Part shown: positions 40,071-51,760 of the stretch, one piece after another
Position numbering within the stretch: the first letter of the stretch is position 1
How the letters are laid out: every line of letters starts with the position of its first letter
From: Trichoplax adhaerens
Lineage: Eukaryota; Animalia; Placozoa
Assembly (NCBI RefSeq): GCF_000150275.1
Contig: NW_002060948.1
Coordinates: forward strand, 3,733,183-3,797,182
Reading direction: 5' to 3'
DNA: 64,000 bases
Translations under genes and position numbers: made by a program
Notes under the pieces: generated by a model
Told to the model about the DNA's origin: nothing
Databases searched by the model: none
Seen by the model: the letters and a program-made list of their open reading frames with translations, nothing else

Positions 40071-40698
40071 GGCCTCGGACTAGACGGTGTTGGTGATCCA
40101 GTTTGCGCATGCGTATGATAACCCAAGAGCCACCATGGAAAAAATGAATTGATTGATTCTTAGCAAGAGACTGGTCTAATGATAGTGGATCCTTTGCAAT
40201 TCTGCGTTCTATACGAAAAACAGTATGTTGTAGCTCATGTTTCAGTAGGCATTGCCATCGATCAGCCTAGGATTGTCAGGGCCTCGGACTAGACGGAGTT
40301 GGTGACCCAGTTTGCGCATGCGTATGACAACCCAAGAGCCACCATGGAAAAAATGAATTGATTGATTCTTAGCAAGAGACTGGTCTAATGATAGTGGATC
40401 CTCTTTCAATTCTACGTTCTATACGAAAAACAGTATGTTGTAGCTCATGTTTTAGTAGGCCTTGCCATCGATCAGCCTAGGATTGTCAGGGCCTCGGACT
40501 AGACGGAGTTGGTGACCCAGTTTGCGCATGCGTGTGACAACCCAAGAGCCACCATGGAAAAAATGAATTGATTGATTCTTAGCAAGAGACTGGTCTAATG
40601 ATAGAGGATTCTCTTGCAATTCTACGTTGTATACGAAAAACACTATGGAATAGCTCATGTTTTAGTAGGCATAGCGATAGATCAGCCTAGGATTGTCA
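40071..40698. repeat. Young tandem triplication, 209-210-bp unit, starting 79 bp upstream of the PSMB6 ATG
   Basis: Units start at 40071, 40280 and 40490 with few differences. Each contains TGCGCATGCG. Confidence 0.97.
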
Positions 40699-41099
40699 TA
40701 GCTCGAGACATGGATTCTGCGCTGTAGGAGTCGTTTGGTGACTTGTATGTTTGAAAAGAGTAAGACCAAAGTATGACTGTGCAGTATACACACTAGCCCT
40801 TGGTACAGTACAGTACCCTTGATCGGAAACAACTGAGTTGTGTGAACAATACTTGTCACCATGACTTCATACGCCAACCAGAACTGGAGGAGGAACTGCG
40901 ACAGCGGCTGCGCGAATGAAAGGGTTAACACATATGTTTTATTTTACTTTATACGGTACTGTGTACAGTATGATGGTCTCAGCGTCCGGCTATCGGTCAT
41001 ACTGTACAATGTACAGTACACACTGTATATCCATATTGGCAAAAACGACACAACGAAGTGTTGATACAATAAAACAAGGACGACAAGGTTTTCTTCCAT

Positions 41100-41890
41100 T
41101 TTTACTGTCCTAACACTAACAGGGATCTATTGGCCGCTCACAGTCGACAATTTTTGTGAGTGGAAATGGACAAGCGTAATCGTACCCCCGGGTTAATAGT
41201 CCTAATTCTTTTTCTGGTTAACGTATAGCTGTACACTGTTACAGTATTGTGATCAATAATGGATCGTATACTATGAAGAGTTAGGGAAAGATCATGATAT
41301 GTACAATATTTGGCTAGTTTCTGTTGTGTAGTAGGTGACTATAGGACCTGTACTTTCCCATTTACCCATTTTTCATGCTGATACATACAACACGAGTTGA
41401 GATAGTCCATTTTATGCTACGAATCTACCACGCACAGTATTGGTGTACTGTATTCGTAACTTGAACACATTTGATGTCAATTTCAATGACATATTCGCAT
41501 AAAGCATCTTCTTTCCAATCAAATGATACCAAATTTGTCTAATATGGACTTGAAATTAAAATGTCCTAGAATTTCAAACAGTAGAGACACGCTGTAGTAC
41601 AAGATCCTCGTCATAGGTAGAGTCAGTACCACTGTGCAAGGGCATCCAGTTTTTGAAGTCTATGTGGTCATGCTTGCCTATGGTGATAGCAACACCAAAC
41701 ATATGACATTGTTGTTCAATGGCTCTACAGTACAAGCGCATTGGCAACAAAAATACGTCATAACCTATCCGCAACCGTCAGTCCAAATTAGAACCTGTCC
41801 CTCAATGGCAGGCAAGTTTTACACAATATTCAGTGCCGTACTGTACCGATCGTAATAGTAGAACCCTTGTCTGCTTTTTCAATTTTCAAT
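41100..41890 (-). mobile_element. Decayed Penelope-like element reverse transcriptase
   Basis: Minus strand, in order: LKIEKADKGSTITI (about 41848-41889, the DKG motif typical of Penelope RTs), TNLVSFD then frameshifted LYANM (about 41490-41540, LVSFDVxSLYTNIP-like), NG*MG and LA(N)I (about 41305-41373, QxxGxxMG..LAN-like) and an RYIDD-like stretch (about 41245-41270). Confidence 0.6.
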
Positions 41891-43022
41891 GACTCTGACT
41901 GTACCGTCTTGTCCTGTCCTGCTGTATTGAAAAAAAAAGAATTGTATTATCCAACTCAATCCCCAAAAAGGAAAGAAACGCTGAAACTTTTCAATTCCCA
42001 GGGGCTTTTATTATCCTCCTACTCAGAATAAGTTAATCCATTCTACGTCAAGACTTTATTGCACACTGCACAATCTAGGTTGAGATAAGTCATACCACCC
42101 AATTTTGACTTGACTGAATCATCATTTTTCTTTCCCTGATAGCGCATAAAATCAATTCATAAAAATGAAAAATACAGTACGGTAAAATCAGCTTTGAAGG
42201 CTGCAACATTCCTTTATGTGACGTTGCACAGCTGTACTGAACCGTCATGGCGTTGGCACGGTAATCAACCGGAACTGTAAATCACTTGTACTACAGTTAC
42301 TGTACCATACTGTAGTACTGCATTGGAGAAATTTATTTTGCATATACAGCCAATGGTCAATTTTGGATTTGGTTGTTATACTGTACGACAGCAAATTGTA
42401 TTACGTGTATTACGGGCGTACAGTATGTCACACATACGCCATTACTCCGTTGGTTGTTTTGGCTAAAGTACCGCCAGAACTGTACTGTACCGATACGGCA
42501 GTATTGGTAGTTTTTGGGGAACGTGCACGATTGGACTGCAAAGTGATTTTCTTTCCAAATTGGAGCCATTTTCAAATTTGCAATAAAGCGAGTCAAAAAG
42601 CGTTCAAGACACATTTGAATATCGAGTTAGATGGATAATTTATTAAATGACTTTGACGTACATTTTTTTCAGTCATTCTTTAACGTAAATTATGAATGAA
42701 ATGAATTTTTGTCCGCGAGTTCAACATTAAAATTGCATTTCATTAACATAGAATAGACATTACAACGTAGCACGGTGAACAACAAACAATGGCTAAATAG
42801 TTCAGCGCCTTTTACTGGCAATTTTTTGGACTCTAATTTTGTAACAAGATGCGGCGACTGATTAAAATTGCAGAAATATTCGTAATCATAACATTTAAAT
42901 AGAGTTCAAGTTAAATTCGGCACCATTTTCATGTAGTGCCACTATATTGAAATCTACATTTTGAAGTCAGTCATCTACACTACATTATACAGGTAAATTT
43001 GCTTTAGGGGTTATCAATTTCT

Positions 43023-43442
<420 letters not shown>

Positions 43443-44039
43443 TCAAAAAATTTTCAACTGTGAAAAAAAAAGTAACGGCGGAAAAAATGATTTGGCGTAT
43501 CTACTGTAACGTACGAAAGCAGCGGTATCCAATCTAGAATGAGGTGACGGAGGATTTCAAACTACTTTTTATTACTGTAGTTACCGTGTACTGTATTGCA
43601 AAACACGACCAGTAAAATTTCGCCAATACAGTACTGTACAGTTATGATAGCTATAATAATAGAAAACAATTCCTAAAAAATGATCCAAGTAACAAACACA
43701 GCTAATTGCACTGTCGAATTTGGCAAACAATGTCACGCATGCGTTACAAAATCGGATTTTCGATCCAGATTGATTTTTAGAGCTCAATTTGGAGCTGAAA
43801 TGAGCTATTGGAGCAATTATTTTCCCAAATATTATCTCCCTTTTCAAAAGTAGTCATAGCTTGATAATCACTAGGTATATCAGTATCCTATTTAGATGTA
43901 GTATGACAATGATTATCAATGGTCTCAAATCTACATTCATTTTGGATATATACCCATTTTTTTAATTTATTGACAATTTCGAATTATCAAATTATTTGCA
44001 AATCGACAGCCATCTTCTCAAATTACCCGGTAACAATCT

Positions 44040-44530
44040 CCTCAATGTACATTGTACAGTACGGTAGAGTACTTATATTATCCTTTTACTTTATATAGTG
44101 TACTGGTGTACTGTACAGCCGTATACGATGTGCTTTATTGTCCAGTCCAGTACGGTACGGTACAGTATGGTACCGCAGTGTTATTACACTTTCAACTTGG
44201 CTTCCACAGTACAGTACAGTACTGTACAGTACATTACAGGGTCTCTACAGTACATTGTACAATACAAAACAATACAAAGGCATCTAGTACTGTACTGTTA
44301 TGAACTTCTAGAAATTACTAGTACAGTACTGTACACAGTACAGTGACCCTGTACAGTATACTGTAGTACTAGTACAGTACAAACTGTATAATGTACAGTA
44401 CTGTATTGTACAGGAAGCATTTAAGAAAGGAAAATCGTACTGTACTGTACAGTATTCTCTCCACAGCACTCTACGCTACAGTAGAACTCTCCATCCAACA
44501 AGGGCTTTACTGTACTGTACCATACCGTAC
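44040..44530. repeat. Field of mixed-orientation TACAG/TACTG (and TACGG/TACCG) pentamer units upstream of H3.3
   Basis: Examples: cagtacggtacggtacagta (about 44148), cagtacagtacagtactgtacagtac (about 44207) and tagtacagtactgtacacagtacag (about 44319). Confidence 0.85.
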
Positions 44531-45026
44531 CGAGATCATTTCACAGAGAGTGACTCACTAGTACAACAGTGTCAGCAGCATTGCAAAACAGTTCGCTAGT
44601 TGAACGATGTACGTCAAAATACCACTCTACGTATACTGACTATACAGTATAGGCCATATATGAACATAACTTGTCCCTTTCACATGACTCACGATAGGAG
44701 TACTCCACCCCAAAAATGTGTCTGATTTGTCCTTTTTGGGGGGAAAAAAGGAGCGCAAATGAATCTTATTATACTGTACGCTTATAGTATGCAACGATCG
44801 TAGATGGAGTAGATACTATTTCATGTTCTAAGCACCTTTTGCACCAGCTAACACCAGCAAAATAGCTGGATGCTAGACGTAAGAATCTGAAGCTACCCTA
44901 CTTACTGTACAGTACAGTGTACAGTACACAAACTAGACATTTCATTTTAAACTCTAGCCAGTGTTTTTTTCAATTTCATGATTACACGCACAAGCTAAAG
45001 CTTGCACGCATCATCAATCGTCGTTA

Positions 45027-45277
45027 AAACTTTTCATAATGATGCATATTCAAGACAGTATTAGGCATATTTCAACTGTATTCATACTGTACTGCTAATA
45101 CAAATGCTTAGTGTGAATAAAATCCCAAATTCTTACAATAACTAATTTATTTTTTAAACTTTTCATAGTGATGCATATTCAAGACAGTATTAGGCATATT
45201 TCAACTGTATTCATACTGTACTGCTAGTACAAATGCTTAGTGTGAATAAAATCCCAAATTCTTACAATAACTAATTT
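45027..45277. repeat. Near-perfect tandem duplication (about 121 bp matched, about 130-bp period) downstream of KCNAB
   Basis: aaacttttcata.tgatgcatattcaagacag...ttcttacaataactaattt at about 45027 and 45156, with two substitutions. Confidence 0.95.
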
Positions 45278-45954
45278 CAGGAAAAAATGCTGCAAGCAGG
45301 CAACAGTTCATTGTTTATATCATAGCTAGCAATGAATACTTTATTCAGCTAATATGGAAACATAATCGTAAGGCGCTCTTCAAAAGCTATTATTAAAAAA
45401 GATTAAAACATTTCATAATATTTTCATTAAATTAAAGTTTTCTATGCACGAACCAATTTGAATTGTTAGCAGGGGTAAGCATTACTAATATCCATAGATA
45501 TACTCTATAAGTATTGTCATATAAATCTCAGTGCGTTTTCCAATTTATACTCGATATTATATCAAAGTTATGAGCAAAGTTTTCACTATATTTAACTTGC
45601 TGGTGAAAAATAATTGCCAATCACTATCATGCCTACTAATAGTATAAGCAACTCAACGTACAGCAGCAAAATGGATCGTTTAAGAATAACAAGATTTAGC
45701 TTCGAAATGCACAATATTGAAGCCCAAGCGAATAAATTAAGTTTAAATAGTTTAAAAATGCTGGAATATGATCAGTCTTAAAAAACTATTATCCTAAAAG
45801 GAAATGCTGATTACTAATAATATTCGAGCTATAACATTAACTTGAGTCATCTTCCCAATTTATATAAAATAAGTCAGCACCCGTGTACAGTTCGAATGTA
45901 CGCGTACGCGTATGTAACATTTATGGAAGGTGATATTAAAAAAAAGGTAATAAA

Positions 45955-48900
45955 CTACTTTCGAAAAGCTTTGCTGACAATGGGTTTGTTTCCCAATATT
46001 TCATCGATAGAATGCATCATGGAATGATCCAATTTTGGTAATATCTAAGTAACATAAATAATGATAAAGAACAACATTCACCATTTTTTTGCTAATTTAA
46101 AATGCTAACTGATATGTCAATACAGGCTTACCGCTATTGCCGTGATGTTCTCTTTCAACTGATGAGAATTTTTAGCCCCTAAAAGCACGCAGTTCGCACG
46201 ATCATTCTTTAAACACCAAGCAATAGCCAATTGGCATAGTGTACAATCTATTCGATCGGCGATAATTTGTAGTTCCTTTAATTTAGCTTGCATCCGTCTA
46301 CCTTCTTCACTTTGAATTTTTTCTCTCCACCAATCGAAATTCTAACATATACAAGATATTAAAGTTAAATCAAAGAGGGCTTTGTTAAGAAATAGTCGTG
46401 TATAGATTTTGCATGAACTTATTATTGATACTAATTTCATGAACGATACCGACACTCAATGACGCTCGAGAATCTTCCGGTATTGTGTCATCCATGTACT
46501 TTCCACTAAGTACACCACCAGCTAATGGTGACCATGTAACCGCACCTACACCTGAATGATGGGTTCTAAGATTAAATAATTATTTACAGATGTCATATTA
46601 TGATGAATTAACAGAGCTTACCACATTTATCGTATAAATTTTTTTTAACTGCCTCCATCTGCTCACGACACATGAAGTGATACCTGCGGGTAAAATATGA
46701 TGATAATTGTGTATATAAGGCACGAGTCAATTAAGAGAAAGTGATACTTTTATACATTACTAACTCTGCTTGAATCGCAGTAGGGGGAATCAAATTATAT
46801 TGTCTCGCCACGGCATATGCTTCCTAAAAAAGAAATTGTAATATCTTCTATGAATGAAATGGATATTAATAAAGTAGCAATGTTCTGTAATAAAAGGACT
46901 AACCATAACATCAGCTTCAGTCCATTGCGATACCCCCCAATAAAATGCCAAACCTATGAAAAACATTATTTAGAGTAAAAACATAAGATTGTGGATAAAA
47001 ATTCTTGATAGGAAAATTTTTCTTCCATGAATGTACCTTGATTTATCACAAAAGTGAACGCCCGAACAATTTCTAAGGTGATAAATACGCGCATGTAAAT
47101 TATTCAATACATCAAGATTAGAAACAAATCAGTTGATCTGTAGGCTACAATAAGAAGGTCTAATATATGCCTTTATAATATCTTTACCTTCCATTGGTGT
47201 CGTAGAATCGGGCCTATTTGCAAAAACAATATCCACGTATTCTAATTGTAAGCGGTGTAGCGAGGCTTTTAGACCTAAAAGACGAAAAGAAACACAGTAG
47301 ATTAGTATGAAAATACTGAACAAAGGCAAACACTATCTGTAAGTGCTGGAGAAAAAACTTTTTATTTTGTAAAATCGATGGAGGATTAATAGCTACGCAC
47401 GGGGATTGCCGTTGTACTTAATCACTTTGATAAAGATTATAATAAATACCTTCTATAATATGCTTTCTAGACAGGCCTTGCTCATTTTCCCCTCTAACGA
47501 CAGACAGTAACATAAATTACATTGTACACACTTTATTAACTTTAACTTTTAATAAATCCAAATTGCAACCTTCCTCCCCAAAAGATCTTTGTACTTATGA
47601 CCAAGGTCGAGCGCCTGTATATAGTAAGAAGTAACAACCAATCAATCATTAATTCTATTTGATATTTTCTATTTATATTATAATTTACATAATGTACTAC
47701 TGTCGATATATGGCAAATGTGGTTTTTCTCTCATGCTTTGAAATTTAAGTGGTAAAGAATGTAGCTATTCTTACTTGATACTACAATATCGTTATGACCA
47801 ATTTGTATTAAAAAAATCCATAAAATTTTTACTCAGCTGTTTCTAATTATCAACTTTGGCAACTATGAATGAACTATAGATTACAAATAGCAATCTCAAT
47901 CCTTTACCTCCATTGCTTCTTCCGTAATACCTGACCTAACACAATTTCAGCTCTGCCAACAAGAAAAGAAGTATGATTGTTAGCTTTACATGCTTATTCA
48001 TGACTACTAATCATAAAGTGTATGATGTAATTATAATACAACATCTACGTTGTTACAAGATAAAAATGACTGTGTAGTGTATATTTAGTGTATCCCTTAG
48101 TGCATAGTATTACGTGTCAAGATAAATGAAAATAGTACAACTACGTGCAGAGCAGTAAACAACTAAAATTTTACTTTGTCATACGGCTAAATTTTAAGCT
48201 ATCTAGAATAGAATATATAGCACATCTTACTTTCCACCAGCGTATACTTCAGCTGTGTCGAAGAAATTGATACCATTTTCATATGCGACCGTAATTAATT
48301 CTTCAGCATGCTTATCAGTGAGATCAATAGTAATACTTAATATAGCCATATTAAATGAATAAGTTGACATCGCTGATAATGATACTATTGATTAGATCAA
48401 ATTATCTTGGATAAATAGCGGAATATTAAAAAATTTATGATTTTATGAAATTATTTAGTTATACAATATTATACTTTGTCGGAAACTTGAGATCCGAATG
48501 TTACCCACGTTCCTGCAATTATAAAAATCATGATAAAGTATGAGTATACTGCTTTGATTAGATGATTAAATTAGTACTGCAAGCTATAGGGAAGACTGAG
48601 AGAGCAGAGATTCTATTTTGCTCCGCATTGATTTTAGATCGAAGAATTTTTCAACTTGTACGTTTGGTTGCAACGCAGAGCCACAGTGACGCAAGCTTGC
48701 ATGCAATAAGATAAAATGAGGATTGCAATTCATAATAAATATATATTATAATTTAAGAGAGAGAGTTTCAGTATCATGGCACACTCAATATATGGAAATT
48801 CAGTAATTCATGAGTTTACTAAGGTCCATTCTTTACAGGTTTACTGCTCTTTTGTTGATTACATACAAGTGAAGTTTATACTACAAATTGAAGTATTTTA

Positions 48901-49942
48901 AGGACAAAATGATGGATACTGTACGAAGTAGCTCGAACAAATTGATGGCTGCAGCATGTAGCCTTAAGGATAAATGTTGTATTGCATATAACAACACAGC
49001 AACGGCATTCCATTTATGATACGTTTTCATCATGCAGTACAATTGATCATATTAATTAATGCGTAGTACGTATTATTACCGAATCCCAGAGCAGAGACTC
49101 GGAGACCTGATTTTCCCAAATTTCTAAAATATTAAAGTTAGAACAGGATTAGTAGATAATAGGGTGTAAAATGAATGTAATTGTTATAATGAACTGAGTT
49201 ACATCAAGTAATGCGTATATGCAAATATGGCTGAGACTATAACGACCCTATAAGCAAGTATTGGGCGATGAGGCGAATTCACTTTAATTGATAGTCCAGA
49301 ATTGAATGATCGTTTTTAATTCATATACGTATTCTACCAAGATCTCCAGCTGCAGTTGCAGTACGATTATGTGGCTACCGTATTGCAAGAATTTTACTGA
49401 TTCAATACAACAACTATGCGATGGTCGCTTCAGCAAAGCATTTGTATGACTATATTGTACTGTAGACTACTAAACTCCTATTCCTTCATTCAATAGTCCA
49501 TCGTGTAGTGGCACTGTGCAGTAAGATTAGCCTGGTTGGATAACGTTCTTGCAGAAGCATAGTGAAAGGTTGAAAGCAGGCTAGATGTGAAGTAATTAGC
49601 TTTTTTAATTCTGAATTACTGTATAGCCTATACAATATGATTATTTGTTCTTTCTTTCGAGTCGATTCAAATATTCGACGCTGAAACGAAATATACGTTA
49701 TCATACAAGTGGAGCTGTAGGCACGAGTAGAATGTTCAATCACATGCAAAACATTATGGCAATCGCTCTTTACAGCACATTACTCTCTTTTAAAGTCGTT
49801 TTATAGCGATGGAAAGGTGTTGCCGTTCTCCACAAATCACCCATTCATAGATATTATTATTATTATTATTGTTGTTGCACTGCATGAGTATGCAAGAATG
49901 ACAGGTTTTACAGTTGTGTTAGCGAACTTGCCTGTATAACAT
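45955..49942 (-). CDS. KCNAB2: Voltage-gated K+ channel beta subunit (aldo-keto reductase fold)
   Basis: Spliced reading: MLYR|[14 protein letters not shown]|[13 protein letters not shown]|[26 protein letters not shown]..., then [63 protein letters not shown] and QLAIAWCL, ending [16 protein letters not shown] at 45955. The AKR Asp, Tyr and Lys and the Kv-beta Asn are retained. The start ATG at 49940-49942 is inferred. Confidence 0.93.
49530..49830 (+). mobile_element. pogo/Tigger-like transposase remnant in the first KCNAB coding intron
   Basis: [10 protein letters not shown] (about 49531, CENP-B-type HTH GWxxxFxKRH), QIFDAET (about 49668, QIFNADET-like) and SDGKVLP (about 49805, SAxGxxLPP-like), in the expected order. 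Confidence 0.5.
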
Positions 49943-50321
49943 ATTTACCGTTGGACGCAACCTGATGAATGGGAAGAAGAGACTGAAATAAGATTGAACA
50001 ATTTGATGGTCATTCAGTTGGAGAGGGAATAACTGGATAACATTTTAAAATGCAATAGGTGAAATGAGAAAGCGAGACCGACCTTGTTTTGCAGGATTGC
50101 CAAGTACTGCGATTGGGTGATGTTTTATTGAATAAGGTCCCCCACCGGTGGAACGTTTTGACACAAAGCCTGCTGCACACTGCACAGTACTGTCTAGTGG
50201 TACACTCAGGACAGTATCCGCGGTTATCATGGTGACCACGACGGATCCACGACTTGTCACCGAGGTCAGGCACACTTTCACCGGCATGCAGAGTACAGTA
50301 CAACGTCCACGCCCGTATTCA

Positions 50322-50603
50322 TCGGACGGACGGATATGGTACAGCACTGTGCGTCAATGACGAGCCTTGTTTTACGGTGTACAGTACACCTGATTGATGA
50401 AATTATTCCATGCTGCTACTGAGTGTGCACATCGTTGCAAGGGTCTTACCACGCCCATATCCGACGGACGGGCGGACGGTACAGCACTGCGCGTCAATGA
50501 CGAGCCTTGTTTTACAGTGTACTGTACTGTGCAGTGTGCACCTGATTGATGAAATTATTCAATGCTGCTACTGAGTGTGCACATCGCTGTAAGGGTCTTA
50601 CCA
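50322..50603. repeat. About 140-bp tandem duplication in the KCNAB/GIGYF divergent region
   Basis: ggtacagcactg.gcgtcaatgacgagccttgtttt...cacctgattgatgaaattattc.atgctgctactgagtgtgcacatcg.tg.aagggtcttaccac occurs twice. Each copy has inverted CRE half-sites (CGTCAaTGACG) and a minus-strand GTAAGA donor-like site. Confidence 0.9.
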
Positions 50604-50829
50604 CCGCACACTAGGGCACAAATGCTTTCAGTGAAGAGTAAAAATAGTGTGGAAAATACTGTAGGGTACTGTAAAGTAAGTAGTCACCAGCGTGCTTTTG
50701 TTGACTGTTTGACTCAATCGAGTTGGATGTGCATGACAGGTTTACTGGGCCCACAGCAAAGCCATGTTGGAGTTGAGTCATGGTTCAGTCCGTTACAGCT
50801 CGTGAAAGCGGACTGCTGAAGTGCAATTG

Positions 50830-51105
50830 TTACAGTACAGTACAGTACCGTACAGTCCTATAAAAGAGAAGATCGCTAAAAAAAGTCTTGACAGACTGTA
50901 CACTGTACACTGTACAGTACAGTACAGTACAGTTCAGACCAGGGTCCGGACCAAAGCATGAAGACCTCGAACTACAGTACTGTACAGACGGTCAATTACT
51001 GTACAGTACAGTATTGTTTACAGTACAGTACTGTACTGTAAAAGAAAGGAGATCGAGAAACGTACAGTACCGTACTGTCGGTTTTCCTCTAGTACAGTAC
51101 TCAGG
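50830..51105. repeat. Second field of mixed-orientation TACAG/TACTG units
   Basis: tacagtacagtacagtaccgtacag (about 50831), ctgtacagtacagtacagtacag (about 50910) and tacagtacagtactgtactgta (about 51019). Confidence 0.85.
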
Positions 51106-51134
51106 TCGAATCAGTCAGTATTAATCGAGTTCTC

Positions 51135-51592
51135 AGATCCAATCTAGTCCTCGACTGTTACTGTTGGTGTGCGTCCAAATCAGAGCACAGACCAACACCG
51201 ACTGGAGTGGACTACTCAGGTCGAGTCTAGTCCTCGACTGTTACTGTTGGAGTGTTGGTGCGTGTAAATCAGAGCACAGACGGACAGACCAAGACTGACT
51301 GGAGTGGACCTACTCAGGTCTAGTCCTCGACTGTTACTGGTTGGTGCGTCCAAATCAGAGCACAGACGGACAGACCCATACTGACTGGAGTGGACCTACT
51401 CCGGTCTAGTCCTCGAGTGTTACTGTTGGTGCGTCCAAACCAGAGCACAGACGGATAGATCAACACTGACTGTCAAGCCAAAGCACAGACGGACAGACCA
51501 AGACTGACTGGAGTGGACTACTCAGGTCCAATCTAGTCCTCGATTGTTCCTGTTGGTGCGTCCAAACCAGAGCACAGACCAACACTGACTGG
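51135..51592. repeat. GC-richer minisatellite, about 85-bp unit, 5 copies, just upstream of the GIGYF ATG
   Basis: tctagtcctcga.tgttactgttggtgcgtccaaa.cagagcacagac...gactggagtggac at 51143, 51226, 51319, 51405 and 51532. Confidence 0.93.
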
Positions 51593-51760
51593 ACGGGACA
51601 CAGATTCCACTACAGTACAGTGCGCTCAAGGCTGTATACAGTACAATATACTGTAGTCGAATTGACTGTTTCAACGAGGAGTGTTGCTTACTTTGCCGTT
51701 TATGATTGCTGTTGCTTATTTCTACTGTACAAAAACTAGCAGATGAGACAAAAGTGAATA

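Noticed and set aside
40452-41113. Short ORFs over the PSMB6 upstream repeat, including a coding-looking RQPELEEELRQRLRE stretch
   Set aside because: They derive from repeats or lack a start, splice support or a recognisable domain.
42640-43022. Replication-dependent histone 3' stem-loop or histone cluster
   Set aside because: No GGCYCTTTTCAGRGCC-type hairpin and no other histone genes, consistent with polyadenylated H3.3.
44052-44346. ORFs rich in TVQY/STV
   Set aside because: Translation artefacts of the TACAG/TACTG field. The same applies to 50888-51124.
51135-51592. CRISPR-like repeat-spacer look
   Set aside because: The intervening sequences are homologous to each other, not unique spacers. 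There are no cas genes and the context is eukaryotic.
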